64,000 bases of DNA from Selaginella moellendorffii (lineage: Eukaryota; Plantae; Lycopodiophyta): assembly GCF_000143415.4 (NCBI RefSeq), contig NW_003314323.1, positions 624,499 to 688,498 of the forward strand, given 5' to 3'. Positions 22,233 to 34,413 of the stretch are shown one piece after another. The translations under genes were made by a program, and so were the position numbers. The notes beneath the pieces are model-generated. The model worked only from the letters and a program-made list of their open reading frames with translations. It did no database searches and had not been told where the DNA came from. The stretch's first letter is position 1. Every line of letters begins with the position of its first letter.

Positions 22233-25176
22233 ATGCAGGGAGCTGCGTCGGCTGCGCCACAGGCGGAGGCGATCCTGGCATGGCTGCAAGAGGAGATCGG
22301 CTACAGATCGGCTGGGGATCACGCATTGCCGTCGCCCGAGGCGCTGCGGCGGCTGTGCCGCGGAAATATGCTGCCCGTGTGGAAGTTCTTGGTGGAGAGG
22401 GTGAAATCCGACAAGACGGTGGAGACTGTGCGGCGGAACATCCTCGTCCATGGCGGGAGCAGTGGCGCCGCGGAAGAGAGTGGCGATGGGAAAGCCAGGG
22501 AGGAGGGCGGCGCCGCTGCCACCACCAAGGCCGGGAAGAAGAGAGGCGATGGGAAATTCAAGGGGAGGGGAGAGAAGACCCCCGCTGCCGCTGCCAAGGA
22601 GGAGAAAGAACGCGAGAGCAAGGCTCTGGAGGGCGATGATTCGAAGGAGCGAGCTCTCGCGGAGAGGGATTCCGCGGAGAAGGAGGTGGAGAGATTGAAA
22701 GGTGTGATGGCGCGGCTGCAAAAGGACGTGAAGAGCAGGATGCTGGATCTCTCTCGCGAGGAGGGCGAGCGCCAGCGAGTTCTGGATGACAAGTTTAATT
22801 CGAGGTAAGAACTATAGATCTCTCGAAGTTCTTTAGAACTAAGTTCTTACCTTTTTTTCTTCTTTTTTCTTTCTTGGAAACCAGGCACAAACAAGTCCAG
22901 CTTGAATCGTTCGATCAGCGATGCGAGCAGACTGTGCGGATCTTTGCCGAGTACCGGCGAAGATTGGCAAGGTATGTCGACCGTGCTCGAGAGGCACAAA
23001 GAGGGAAGCTTGCGGAGTCCAAGAAAGAGCAAGACACAGTGTATGCAACGTCGATCAAAGGTGACGATCAGATCCTCATAGAGACTGCGCAGGAAAGGAG
23101 TATAAGAAAGGCATGCGAGCTGCTATCGGCACAGCTTACTGAGAAGATCACGCTCTCGTTTCCCTCGTACGAAGGACGAGAGAGCCAAGGTGACGCTCAG
23201 GCCACCGAGGTTGCAAAGCTCGGGTTTGAGGATGGAGAAGGCGTGGCTGAGGATATCAGGGAGGCTGCATTGAGCCTCTTGAAGAATCCAACGCAGCTCT
23301 TGCGGGCGATGGCGACTTATACTGCTCGAGTCGTTGCTTTGATCACCAAAGAAACGGAGAGGATCGACATCCGAGCGGACGCGGAGAAGCTAAGGTTTGT
23401 GAGTGCTGCTAATCTGCATGAGGTGTAGGATTCTAACTTGGTGTTTGTACCAGGTACAAGTACGAGAACAACGAAATAGTGGACGATTTGTCCACTGAGC
23501 CAGAAGATTCACCACTGGGCAAGAAGCTTAGCGGTAAAATTGGATTGGAGATGTCTAATAGGAGAACGAATTGGCAGATTCGCGAGAGACAGGTATAATG
23601 CAAGTTGTTTTTATCTTTCTTCTAGTCATGAAAGTGTCTTTTGCGTTGCAGAAAGCTCATGTTCAGCAGTTTATGGCAACGGAAGAAGCTCTGAACGAAG
23701 CTGCGGAGGCCAAAGCTGCAAGCGACAAGTTAATCAAGTCGCTCAGTGGTGGAACGGAGCTCGACTACGTCCAGAACGAGGGAGGGCTTCGCCAACTGGA
23801 GGTAACTAATCTTCTATTTCGTGCGTCGAGCTAGGCCGTTTGTTACTTAGTGCGAGGTGTGGGCCAAGGAGCGGCAGTTAGCTGGTGTCAAGGCAAGCGT
23901 AGCGACACTCATGTCGGAGGTTCAACGTTTGAAAAAGCTATGCGAAGAAAGAAAACAAGCGGAGGATTCCCTGAGGCAGAAGTGGAAAAGAATCGAGGAG
24001 TTCGACGCCCGCCGCAGGGAGCTGGAATCTGTTTACACGGCGTTGATCCGAGCTAATATGGTAAGCAGCAGCTTAGCATTTCATAGGCAAGTTTGGCAGT
24101 CTGGAAAAAATCTCACGAATAATTTGTAGGCAGCTGCTGCTGCGTGGGAGCAACATCCAGCCGTAGCATTCGAGCATTCTGCCAACACAATACTTCCTGT
24201 CTGTAATATGGTACAAGAGAAGACCGTGGGTGCTCAGGACCTCTTAGAAAGAGAAGCCACCATTTTTCAGAGAAGCCCGGACAACCGGCTGTATATGCTG
24301 CCTGTCACACCTCAGGTGTGTGAATTGGAACTTTTTCTTTCTCTGCTCATGGCTGGTTTGTTTTTTAAAAAACTACAGGCACTCGTTGAAGCCATGGGAA
24401 TCAGCTCTATGCTAGGCCCTGAAGCGATAGCGGCAGCGGAGAGAAATGCCGACATGGTTGCTGCCAGAGCTGGTGCAGGCGACCCTTCAGCGATGGCGTC
24501 AATCTGCCGGATAGCTGCAGCATCACAATACTCGCAAGGTATGTAAATTTGTTTCATCTGTCAAACAAGTTTTCTTTTTCTTTTTTTTCCGTATTGTAGG
24601 AGCTGAAGCACAAGATGCTGGCATGATAGCCATTGTGGAAGCGCTGAGGTTCTGTCTCAAGCCTTGCTCTTCTCCGGCGAGCCTTCTGGAAAACCTGGCG
24701 CGCTCCATCAACTTGGTTCAGACGCTGAGAGACCTCGTTGGCAGCGGACGAGCTCTTTTGACAGCAGCAAACATCTCCAGACCCGACTACGAAAAGTAAA
24801 GAACAAAAACACCATTTCCAATTCTCACTCCTTTGGATGCTTTGCTCCAGAACTGCGAATGCGTGTGCTGTGACAACCAAAGAGCAGGAGCTCATTGCTC
24901 TCGAGGAATGGCTACCGAGTCTCAAACACGCGGTCCTCGAAGCGCACAAGTGCCTGGAAGATTGCCATCGAGTTCGCGGCTTGGTAAACTTACGCCTCGT
25001 TTCATCATCTGGATTTGACACGAGATTTACTTCTTCTCGCGCAGGTGAACGAGTGGTGGGAGCAGCCAGCCGCAACCGCGGTGGATTGGATCACGGTCGA
25101 TGGCCAAAACGCTGCTGCCTGGCTCGCTCACGTCAAGCAGCTCCAAAACGCCTTTTATGAAAAGCAGCTGCTGTGA
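22233..25176 (+). CDS. AUG5: AUGMIN subunit 5 (HAUS5)
   Basis: [48 protein letters not shown] at the N-terminus; [16 protein letters not shown]; C-terminal [31 protein letters not shown]; short GT-AG introns. Confidence 0.95.
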
Positions 25177-25400
25177 CGAGATTTTGATGGGAAGAAGCGC
25201 TCTTCCTTCTGTAAAGCGTCTAAGCTCAATTTTTTTTTCAAAAGTAGTGGAAGTATACAATTTACCGTTGCCACGTAAGCATTAAAAACCGTTGCGACCT
25301 TATTGGGGAATATTCGCCAATTTGGCGCCTCAAAATTAGGGCTAGGACTCTTTAGGGTTCTTGGAGCTCGGCGATTTGATCGCACGCCGTGTTCGTCACA

Positions 25401-26468
25401 ATGCATCCCGCTGTGCGTGTCGCCACAGCGGGCCGCATCGGCTATCCCGTGAACTATGATCCGGGGGATCACGTCATGCCGCCGCCGCCGCAACATGTAT
25501 GGGCATTTTCTTCGATTTCCGGTTTCTTCGATTCGGTCCTGCTCGATGTCCGGCGTCGTCGCGTTCTGGTCTTGATTTTCCTGGAGCACCGGGATAGATC
25601 CAAGGATGAGAATGGTGAGGGGTTTTATTTCCTGTGTAGGCCAAAGAAATCCATGACTTTGTGGATATTGAGTCCACTGCCGATCCACTTGAGAAGCGTC
25701 CTATAAAATGGAGGAGCGCGCCTGTTAGCAGGGTGAATCCAAAGTTTACCCGGGAGGTGTCACACATGAAGCTGGATAACATCTGTACCGTGGAAACTCG
25801 CGTTCACGACCCAAAGCTCCGGGCTCTCCAGTGCTGGTATCTTCCGAAACTTAAGAGACAGCCTCGTCCTTCTGGTGCCAAGGCCGAGGATGCGCCGAGG
25901 ATGTTCCGGGTAAGCTTTTGTTTTCTCTTTTCTTTTTAAGTTTGTTTGTTTACTCGTTTCTTCTTTTCAGATCCAAAGGCCTAGCAGGTTTTTTGCGAGG
26001 CCGGAAATGTGGGGCGCCTGGAACATCAGCACCGAAGTTCCATCACCCAGAGAAAGAGAGCGTATGACACGAAGGACGTAAGACTTTTCTCCGAGAGGTT
26101 TTCGTGCTCACTAAGTTAAGTTGTGGAAACTTTTCTTGTTGCAGCTTAAGAGATGACAGAAAGAACACCCAGCGTTTCTTTCATAGAAACGAGGATTCTA
26201 TCTCGGCACTAAGGAATATGTACAAACGAGGTGAGAAGCCTCGGAAGGAGGTTCATGCTGCCAAGGTTTATATAGAGTACGTTGTCCACTGGGATTTTTG
26301 TCAGGAATTCATGCGAGCTTGCGTGTTGTTTGCAGTCATTTGAAGAAGAGAAAGCAAGACATCGAAGCTGTGCTGAACCTGGACGCATTGACTCACGCTT
26401 TGAAGTTTTTTGATGGATGGGACTCGTCTTCTATGGCACCGAGCAGTGGAGGTGGATGCGAAGACTGA
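25401..26468 (+). CDS. Orphan gene Y, about 240 aa, 5 exons, unknown function
   Basis: Phase-consistent model MHPAVRV..PPPPQH|AKEIHDF..RMFR|IQRPSRF..WNISTE..RRT|LRDDRK..KVYID|HLKKRKQDIEAVLNLD..CED*. Confidence 0.6.
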
Positions 26469-26715
26469 AAGCGGCTCTTCTTTCATCGTCGTCAATTGTC
26501 CACTAGATCAAGTCCTACTTCGAAAACAAGAAATGCTCCAAGAGCTTTCTTCTTGTACAGGTTATTAGTGCAAGGTATGAGTTAATTTTTTTTCACAGAG
26601 CTTTCTCGTTTTCGCTGATGTATCACGGCTGAATCTGACTAGTTTTTTATTGGAGCAATCTACAGCTTTTAAATCTGGAAGCACTAGAAAATAGCGTTAA
26701 CAGATGGTCGACTTC

Positions 26716-28796
26716 TCAGGTGTGTCTACTCCTGTTTCTGTTCCAATGGGATTGTTTGTACTTGCTTTCAGATAGCAAGCATGTCGGTGGCAGTACGTAT
26801 CTCGCAGATGATCCGTAAGCGTTTTGGCAAAAGCTGCTAGCTTGGCTGTTCTTGTATTGTAAGGCCACGTCGTCGAGAGAAATCTTATGACAAGGATTCG
26901 TCGGATTGCAACGAAACATGACTGCAACTTGTGAAGCAGAGGATCCTTTTATGTCTGAATATTTTACGTTGCTTATTAGAAGTTCTCGCTTCGACGCTCC
27001 TGCCATCTGCGGTTCCAAGTAAGTATACACCTCAATAAAAGCCTGCTTACCCGCTTTGGCGTGCAGGTTCCAGAGTGTTCGTGGTCGCAGTAATATTGAT
27101 CAATAAGGATCGGGTTCTTTACACGCAGCATGGTAATGTGTTCGAAGACGAAGTCGTGTGCCCATCCTCGTCCACCCTGCCACAGAACAAGCAAACCAAC
27201 GTTTTGAAAGTCGGTAATACTTCGTTTACCTCCCATGTTTTGATCCTCAGGCCATTCTGTGTATCTCTTAGGAAAGCGTTTCGGACTTTTACATGCGAGA
27301 CACGGTCGAAACTTTGCCTTTTCTTCCCTAAGCTTCCGATGCTACATCATCAAAGAGAAAAGGTGAGGCAGCGAACTCTAGCTCTTGCCTGAGCACCTGA
27401 TTCCATGGCCAGGGCCGCAGGAGACATCCTCTATTACGACGTGTGATGTGCCGGGGCCAATGGATATGCAGTCGTCACCTATCAGGATAATAAGATAACA
27501 AACCTTTCGAACTTTCAACAACAAGTACCTGTGGAAATGGTGGTTTGGACTATTGACACCGATTCCGAACGTTCGAGGTGTATCCCATCCGTGTTGGGAC
27601 TGTCTTCTGGCGAAGAAACCGTCAAGTGCCTCAAAACTGCATTCGAGCAAGATGAAAGATCAAGATGCATTTGCTGGCTGTTGGTGATTGTCAGCCCGTC
27701 CACTTCAACGTGCTGGCAATGTCTGAAAGTAAGTGCCTACAAGAAAAGAGACTTCCAGTTTCTTTATAGAAAAAAAGCAGTGGCGAATACTTACTGTAGG
27801 TGCTCGTCGACATGGCTAAGAAAAAAAGAGGTGAGTAGTCTGTCTTTTTAACGTCTCGATGCAAAAGCTTACTTCGTTAACGTTGCGCTTGCAGGACTGC
27901 ATCCACCAGTTTTGGCCTTTCCCGTCAATTGTACCCGTTCCAACCAGTCTAAAGTTCGTGACTCTTTTTATGAGAATCCATGTCTGGATGTCGAAGCCTT
28001 TCCACAGATTCCGGTTATCAGGTGCTATGACGCTCCCATCTATCTGGTATTATTTTGATATAAAGGTGAGAGGCGTCGTCGCAAGCCATACCTGTAAAGT
28101 GAAGTTGTTTTGGCATGGACCTTTTAGCGTGACTGGATACACGAGGTAAACTTTCCCACTTGGCACCAGCATCATAGAGCTTTTGTTTTTCCTTTGCCGG
28201 CATGCCCGCTGCCAGGTGCTGATAAAGGACTGCACTAACCACGGCCCTGCTTCGTGAATGAAACAGGATGAGCATCGTGTACGTACCTGGGTGTCGTTTG
28301 CGATGCCGTTCCCAATGGCTCCAAAGTCATCCACGCTGAAGACCCCTTCGTATTCTCTGCGTCCAGTCGAAGGTGGCGGCGGTCTGAGAGAAGACGTCGG
28401 CGGAGCGGGTGCTATAAAATCAAAAGACGACGGCGCAAGCGACGACAGGTCGGACGCCTGTGGAGCTAGAGACGCCAGTCTGTGATCGTTAGCAGCACCA
28501 GGTGCAAGAGGTTCTATCACGAATGCTGGGCCGGGAGTCTGCTGTGGACTGGACTGGGGTGGATTCGGGAAAAAGCTGGGATTCGGCTCAAAAGCAAAAG
28601 GTGGACGGCTGCTACTTTCCTGCTGCTGTGGTCCATCTGGTGCTGGCGAACTCGACTGAAAAGGTGGCTGCCAAGACAGAGGCCTTTCACCTGGCGGCAG
28701 CAAGTCGGGCGGCGGTGCTTTTGTGATCGACGACGCGTCTCTCATCATGCACGCCGTCGTTACAAGTAGCAGCAGGAACAATGAACTCGTCGTCAT
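26716..28796 (-). CDS. Polygalacturonase (GH28) with signal peptide and Pro/Ser-rich N-terminal extension
   Basis: FSVDDFGAIGNGIANDT, SPNTDGIH, GDDCISIG, CGPGHGI, SIGSLG, RIKTW motifs. Confidence 0.95.
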
Positions 28797-29199
28797 TGCT
28801 GTTCCAGCAGCAGCAGGACGGCAACAGCATGTCCGACGACGGGAGCAAAGGCATATGACGGTGTGTAGGCGTCCAGCGAAACCAGGGGACCGGGAACAGG
28901 AAGAAACGCAAAGAATGCCGGGTGTGCTGCTGTACCGTCCGGAGCTGAGACACGATTCTTCGCGGCATCGTATTAAAATGCTCAAAATGCCGAACGCATT
29001 GTGCACCGGTTTAGAGTGTTTAAGACAGGGAAACCGGGACAACACCAAGATTGCCGTCAGTCCTATCGTCCACTGACACCAACGTGCCTGGCGTGGCTAT
29101 CTCGACGTTAGCTCGCTACATGGGAGAAAATCTGCAAAAGTCAGTTACGCAGCAAACCCGAGCTTTTACTACTATAAGTCAGGTACTTCACCAGTTTTC

Positions 29200-29923
29200 T
29201 TATTGCCTTGGCATGACTATCTTTACGAACTCGGGGTAGCTAACTTTGCCATCTTTGTCTGTGTCAGCTTCTCTCACCATGTCTGCGATCTCTTCGTCCG
29301 TGAACGACTCGCCGAGCTGGTGCATAACATGCTTTAACTGCGAGGGAATACGTACGTATAAAAAAGAGAAAAAGACAGCTTTTCTTTTTTCTCGTTACCT
29401 CAATCTCTGTGATAAAACCATCTCTGTTTCTGTCCAGGACTGTGAAGGCTTCCTTGAGATCTTCTTCGGCATCTGCGTCCTGTGAAGATCATGGAAAGAT
29501 CTGGGGGAGCATCACTCAGCTTGTCCCAAGAAGCTCTGCGCGACAAGGATACATACCTTCATCTTTCGGGCCATGAGCACCAGAAACTCTGTCCAGTCGA
29601 TTGTGCCGTTGCCATCGACATCCACCTCGTTGATCATGTCCAGGAGCTCCGTGTCGCTGGGATTTTGTCCCAAGGAACGCATCACAATGCCCAGTTCCTT
29701 GGTGGTGATGGATCCTGGCGACGGTGACGAGTGTGTAAGTTTGTGTTTTCTCTTTCGCTTCATTTTCAGTTGCTTTTTTTTTTTTTTTCAGAAAGACAAG
29801 AAGAGTACCATCTCCATCCTTGTCGAAGAGGCTGAAGGCATCCCTGAACTCTCGCAGTTGCTCCTCGGTGAGCCCCTCGATGATCTTGTCTTGGCTGGCA
29901 GTGCTCGTCTCGGACGCCTCCAT
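29200..29923 (-). CDS. Calmodulin-like protein with four EF hands
   Basis: Loops [48 protein letters not shown]; three introns; short N-terminal extension. Confidence 0.93.
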
Positions 29924-30254
29924 GCTGCTGCGCCAATTGTGGCAGTTACAAAGCGAGCATATTCTGGTTCAACTCCAATGTGTAAGTTTCTGAAATGATC
30001 CGGTTTGTGTTACAATGACATGTCATGGTAAGCAAACTTCCTTCTTGCCTCTGCCAGAGTTATCACGTAAAACGATCTAACTTATGCTTTGTAGAAGGTG
30101 GAACGAACTCTCGATTTTTACGTGGAAAGTCTTTTAAAATTCGAGTCGGAAGAAGCAGCACGCTCTTCGTTCGCACGCTGACCTTGTCCGACCGATTGGA
30201 GTGGAACCAGTCGCTGCGATCTATAAAACCGCGAGGTATTCCCATCCATTTGTC

Positions 30255-30470
30255 ATGGCTCGCAAGTTTCACGCATTGCTCTTGGCAGTACTGCTTCTTC
30301 TTGCGCTTGGGAGCAATCGCACGGAGGCCAGTCGCTCGAAATTGGTGGGCAGCAGTGGAGAGCAATCACGCGCAAGCTCGCAAAAGTCCACAGATCCTTC
30401 GGGATCCTCCTCGCAGGGAATCGATATAGATGGCAATAGATACAATGTCGTCACTGCCGCGAGAGGATGA
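30255..30470 (+). CDS. Small secreted peptide precursor (71 aa, no Cys)
   Basis: MARKFHALLLAVLLLLALGSNRTEA signal peptide; CTATAAAA at 30221; intronless. Confidence 0.65.
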   Translation: MARKFHALLLAVLLLLALGSNRTEASRSKLVGSSGEQSRASSQKSTDPSGSSSQGIDIDGNRYNVVTAARG

Positions 30471-30603
30471 CGCGCGGTATATATCATTCGAATTGTAAAT
30501 CCACGACGCGCGGTGCGCCGCCGTACAAGCTTTGTTAGTTCCAACCAAGCACAATTATCAAAGTTGTGCTCAGATAAACATCTGTCATGTTGAAAAAAGT
30601 TCT

Positions 30604-30675
30604 CGCCGTTGCCGGGGATCGAACCCGGGTCGTCCGCGTGACAGGCGGAAATACTCACCACTATACTACAACAAC
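30604..30675 (-). tRNA. tRNA-Asp(GUC), copy with C3>U
   Basis: 72-nt cloverleaf GTTGTTGTAGTATAGTGGTGAGTATTTCCGCCTGTCACGCGGACGACCCGGGTTCGATCCCCGGCAACGGCG followed by a T6 terminator. Confidence 0.95.
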
Positions 30676-30737
30676 ATTAGACAGTCAGTAGACCAAAATA
30701 TTTATTGTTAAATGTCCGGATTGGCAATGGCGATGCT

Positions 30738-31898
30738 TTACTCTTTGAAGAAGTGTATGAGCAAGGAGTTCACTTCCTCGGGCGAATCTTCCTCCACGAA
30801 ATGGCCGCCGGGAACAACAGCGACATCGACAAGGTTGGGAACGTCTCGCTTCATTCCACCGCCGGTCACGTACTCGTCCAGGCCCGGGACCTTGCGCACG
30901 TAGTCGTCTTTGCCAGTGATGTAGAGGCAGCGGCTCGTCACTGGCATGTTGATCCAGGGAGCCAAGAGCTCAAACGTCCTGCGCCCAAAATGGATCAAAC
31001 TCGATCCAGGAAACGCGCGTACAAACCTCATGAGATTGCGATACGTGAAGCACAACGGGCCTTCGAAACCGGACTTCTCGTAGAGCTCCGACTGGACTTT
31101 GATAAACTCCTCGGTGAGCCAACTCGGGGTGGTGTCCGAGGTGGTGACCAAATCCATGATCTCCTCGTCAGGCCCGGCGATCTGGAGCTCGGACCGGCAA
31201 AAAAGCGTGTAAATGTTCTTGAGCACGGTGGCCGTGTCGAATCGACCAAAGTCTTTCTCGGCTCGCCCAGGCACCTGGAACGAATTATAGATCAGCCGTG
31301 AGCAGCAGCATTCACGGACTTACAGCAAAGCGATTCACGTAGAATCCTTCTTCCGTGGGAAATCCAAAAGGTGGAGCTCCTCCGGCTCCCGTGAAGGGAA
31401 CTCCAAGAGAGGCATAGGCTCTCACTAGATCCGGCCTCATGCGACACATGTTCCAGCCGATGAATGCTCCAATGTCATGACCAACAACGAACACCTACGA
31501 TCGAGAGGATTACAAACAGTAGGAAGGAAGAGCTCATCAAGGATCACGTACTGGGTCTTCTCCAAGGGCATAGACGAGACCCACAATGTCTCCCAGGAGA
31601 TCCAGGGGCGAGAGCTTCAAGTTGCCGGATGAATCCTTGGGACACTCGGTGAGCCCAAAGCCTCGCAAGTCTGGAGCAACGGCGTGGAATCCAGCGTCCG
31701 CCAGCGCCTTGAGTTGGAACCTCCATGTATACCACGTCTCAGGGAAGCCATGGAGCAGCAGCACAGTCGGCCCTCCTGATCAAACCATTGTCGCAAAATT
31801 CATCTTTCTCTCCTTTCTGTTTTACCTGACCCCATCTCCGCGATATGCATCTTAATCCCATTTGTGTCGATAATGCGGTGCGTGGCTCCTTCCGCCAT
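30738..31898 (-). CDS. Soluble epoxide hydrolase (alpha/beta hydrolase)
   Basis: HRIIDTNGIKMHIAE, LLLHGFPETWYTWR, VAPDLRGFG, VGHDIGA nucleophile elbow, GGHFVEED. Confidence 0.93.
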
Positions 31899-32180
31899 GG
31901 CCAGTGAAGAATGCAAGAACTCTTTGCGCTAAGATTCCACAGTGAAACAAGCATAAAAAAACGCCGTCAATGCCAACCTGACGTATGATGATCGACTCCA
32001 CGAGTCCATGACCTCGAGCGCAAACTCTCATGATCATGAAATGAATCGAATTTATTGGTTTGTTGTTGCCAATGATACACCAGTATCTTAAACCTCTTGA
32101 AAAAATTCTTCTTCTCTACGTAGCGGGAAAATCTTTGCTTTCTATATGGCATGATAAGGATTAAACACCAATCCTACTCT

Positions 32181-32252
32181 CGCCGTTGCCGGGGATCGAA
32201 CCCGGGTCGTCCGCGTGACAGGCGGAAATACTCACCACTATACTACAACGAC
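32181..32252 (-). tRNA. tRNA-Asp(GUC)
   Basis: 72-nt cloverleaf beginning GTCGTTGTAG, identical to the other copy except position 3. Confidence 0.96.
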
Positions 32253-32462
32253 ACTAGACAGGAGACAACCGGGACGTTTTAGAAATGCTATAAAATCGTC
32301 GCGAGTTCCACACTTTGTTCTTGGCAGCGAGTTACCACATCTGATCATGCGTTGCTTCGCAATCACCCAAGGTGTGATTGATGGAAACTCTACTGCAGGA
32401 ACAAAAAAGAATACGACCGTATAGAATATAAAAGCCAGCCAAAAACAAAACACCGCCTCTCT

Positions 32463-34119
32463 TCACTTGAAGCACTTAGCCTCGAGCAGCTTCTCGCCCT
32501 CAATCACGTCCGGCTCTTCGAAGTAAGCGTTGATGCGCTCCTTGTGGACGTGATCCGTGGGGTCGGCCTTGGTCCACTCGTACAGCTCCAGATCGTAGCA
32601 CTCGTCCCTGACTTGCTGCGGGATCTCCGGCCCCCGGAACAGCCACACCCCCTTGATCTTGAACGGCGGTTGGTCGCCCAGGATGCAAATCTTGGCGAAC
32701 GCGTACTTCCGGATGAAATCCATGCGCTGCAGGAATCCCGACACCTTGTTCATCGTCACGAAAGGCACCGTGTTCTCATCGTTGTACTTGTAGTCGCAGA
32801 ACCACAGGGAGTATCCCTCGGGGTCATACATCTCCCAGAATCCTGCAAAGATTTGGGATCAAAATCAGCATTTTCAAGCGATCAATGGAAACACCACTTG
32901 TACCTTTGAGAGCAACTTCTGCGAAGTCCTTGGCCTTGGTGTTGGAGTAGAGCCTCTTCCAGTCGTCCAAAACCATGGGACTCGGTGGCAGCAAGTCGAG
33001 AGGATTCTTGGCTTTCGGCTTGGGAGCCTCCTCCTCATCAGCGGCCGGGGCCTCCTCTTTCGGCTTGGGTGGCGCCTCTTCCTTGGGCTTGGGCTTGGGA
33101 GCCTCCGCTTTCGCCTTTGATGGCCTTGGAGTCTGCGAGCCTCGCGGTGCCTGTCCCTTGGCAGGGGGAGGGGGGACCTCCACTGAACCACGGACAATCT
33201 CTCCGAGGATTTTCTTGAACGCCGGCTGAGCGGAAACGGTCCAGAAATATCTCTCGACGTGAGGGAAAGGGGCCATGAACTCCTCCGAAAAAACTCCCGA
33301 CCGGAATCCCCAGGTCAAGTTGCAGATCGTGATTACGTCCGCCAGGGTAACGAAGTGACCCACGAGATATGTCCGAGATGCGAGGTAACTGTTGAGGGCA
33401 CCGAAAGCCCGCTTGATCGCCTCAATGGCATGCTCTTCCACCTTCACAAGAATTACACAAGTCACAAACGCCTGGAGAACAGCTAGAAGGAGCAAAGTAC
33501 GAACCTCTGGCGCGTAAGGGAGGTATCCAAAGCGTGGATACAACCACCTCCCCAAGCTGGTATCGACTTCGGTAGTCGCGAAGTCAATCCACTGATCAAC
33601 GAGGGCCTAGAGAGAAAAAAGCAAAAACGTAAACATAGAACCTAGACATGGAAGATAGAAGCACAACAATGCTACTTACAGTCTGATACAGTGTCGACCC
33701 GGTCAGTTTTCCCTTGAGATTGGCCACTGAAAATCCAGCAAACAATGTTAGTACCTCTCTTGCCAAAACCAGGATCTTCTCACCGTATCTAGCAATCGCA
33801 TTGCTCTCACTGATCGGACCATCCGGTGTCTCTAGCACGGGCACCTAAAAGAAAATTCATCACAAATCGCCCAGCGCTCATCCAAAATTCTCACCTTTCC
33901 CAACGGATTCAGCTTCAAGAACTCGGGCGTCTTGTTGCTCACTCCCATCTCGAAATCAGGAACCAGATCGACCTTGACTCCCACAATCTCGGCCACGATG
34001 AGAACTTTGTGCGCATTTTTGTTGATCCCGGCATTCACATGGAGCACCTGCGCGAGAATTCAGCTGAGCGCCTGCAAATCGACGAGGAAAGAGAAGCAAT
34101 CACGCACCAGTCCCGCCAT
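32463..34119 (-). CDS. Elongation factor 1B-gamma
   Basis: GST-like N-domain (FLKLNPLGKVPVLETPDGPISESNAIARY), KAKNPLDLLPPSPMVLDDWKRLYSN, YDPEGYSLWFCDYKYNDEN, C-terminal LLEAKCFK. Confidence 0.97.
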
Positions 34120-34413
34120 CGCGCTCGCGCTCGGCCCTCCTCGTTGTTAACCCTAGCCGCCAATAAATCTTCATCTAGGGCTCGTTTGGACGCATCCCCG
34201 CCGTCTGTTCAGATCCGGCGAATATCCGAGAGCATCTATTTGCCGAACTCCCAGATTTTCCATTCAAGAACACTGGCTCGGCCAGATTTGTGGCAGTCTT
34301 AGGTAGGGAATCCAGGCGTTAGGTTCTCTTCTTTGAGCATGGCTGCGATCCTAGGGTCTCTTGCTCGATCGATTCTTTCTTCTAGAGCATGAGGAAGGTT
34401 TTTCGATCCAACG

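Noticed and set aside
30269-30661. Minus-strand ORF starting MVSISACHADDPGSIPG
   Set aside because: Spurious translation through the tRNA-Asp gene
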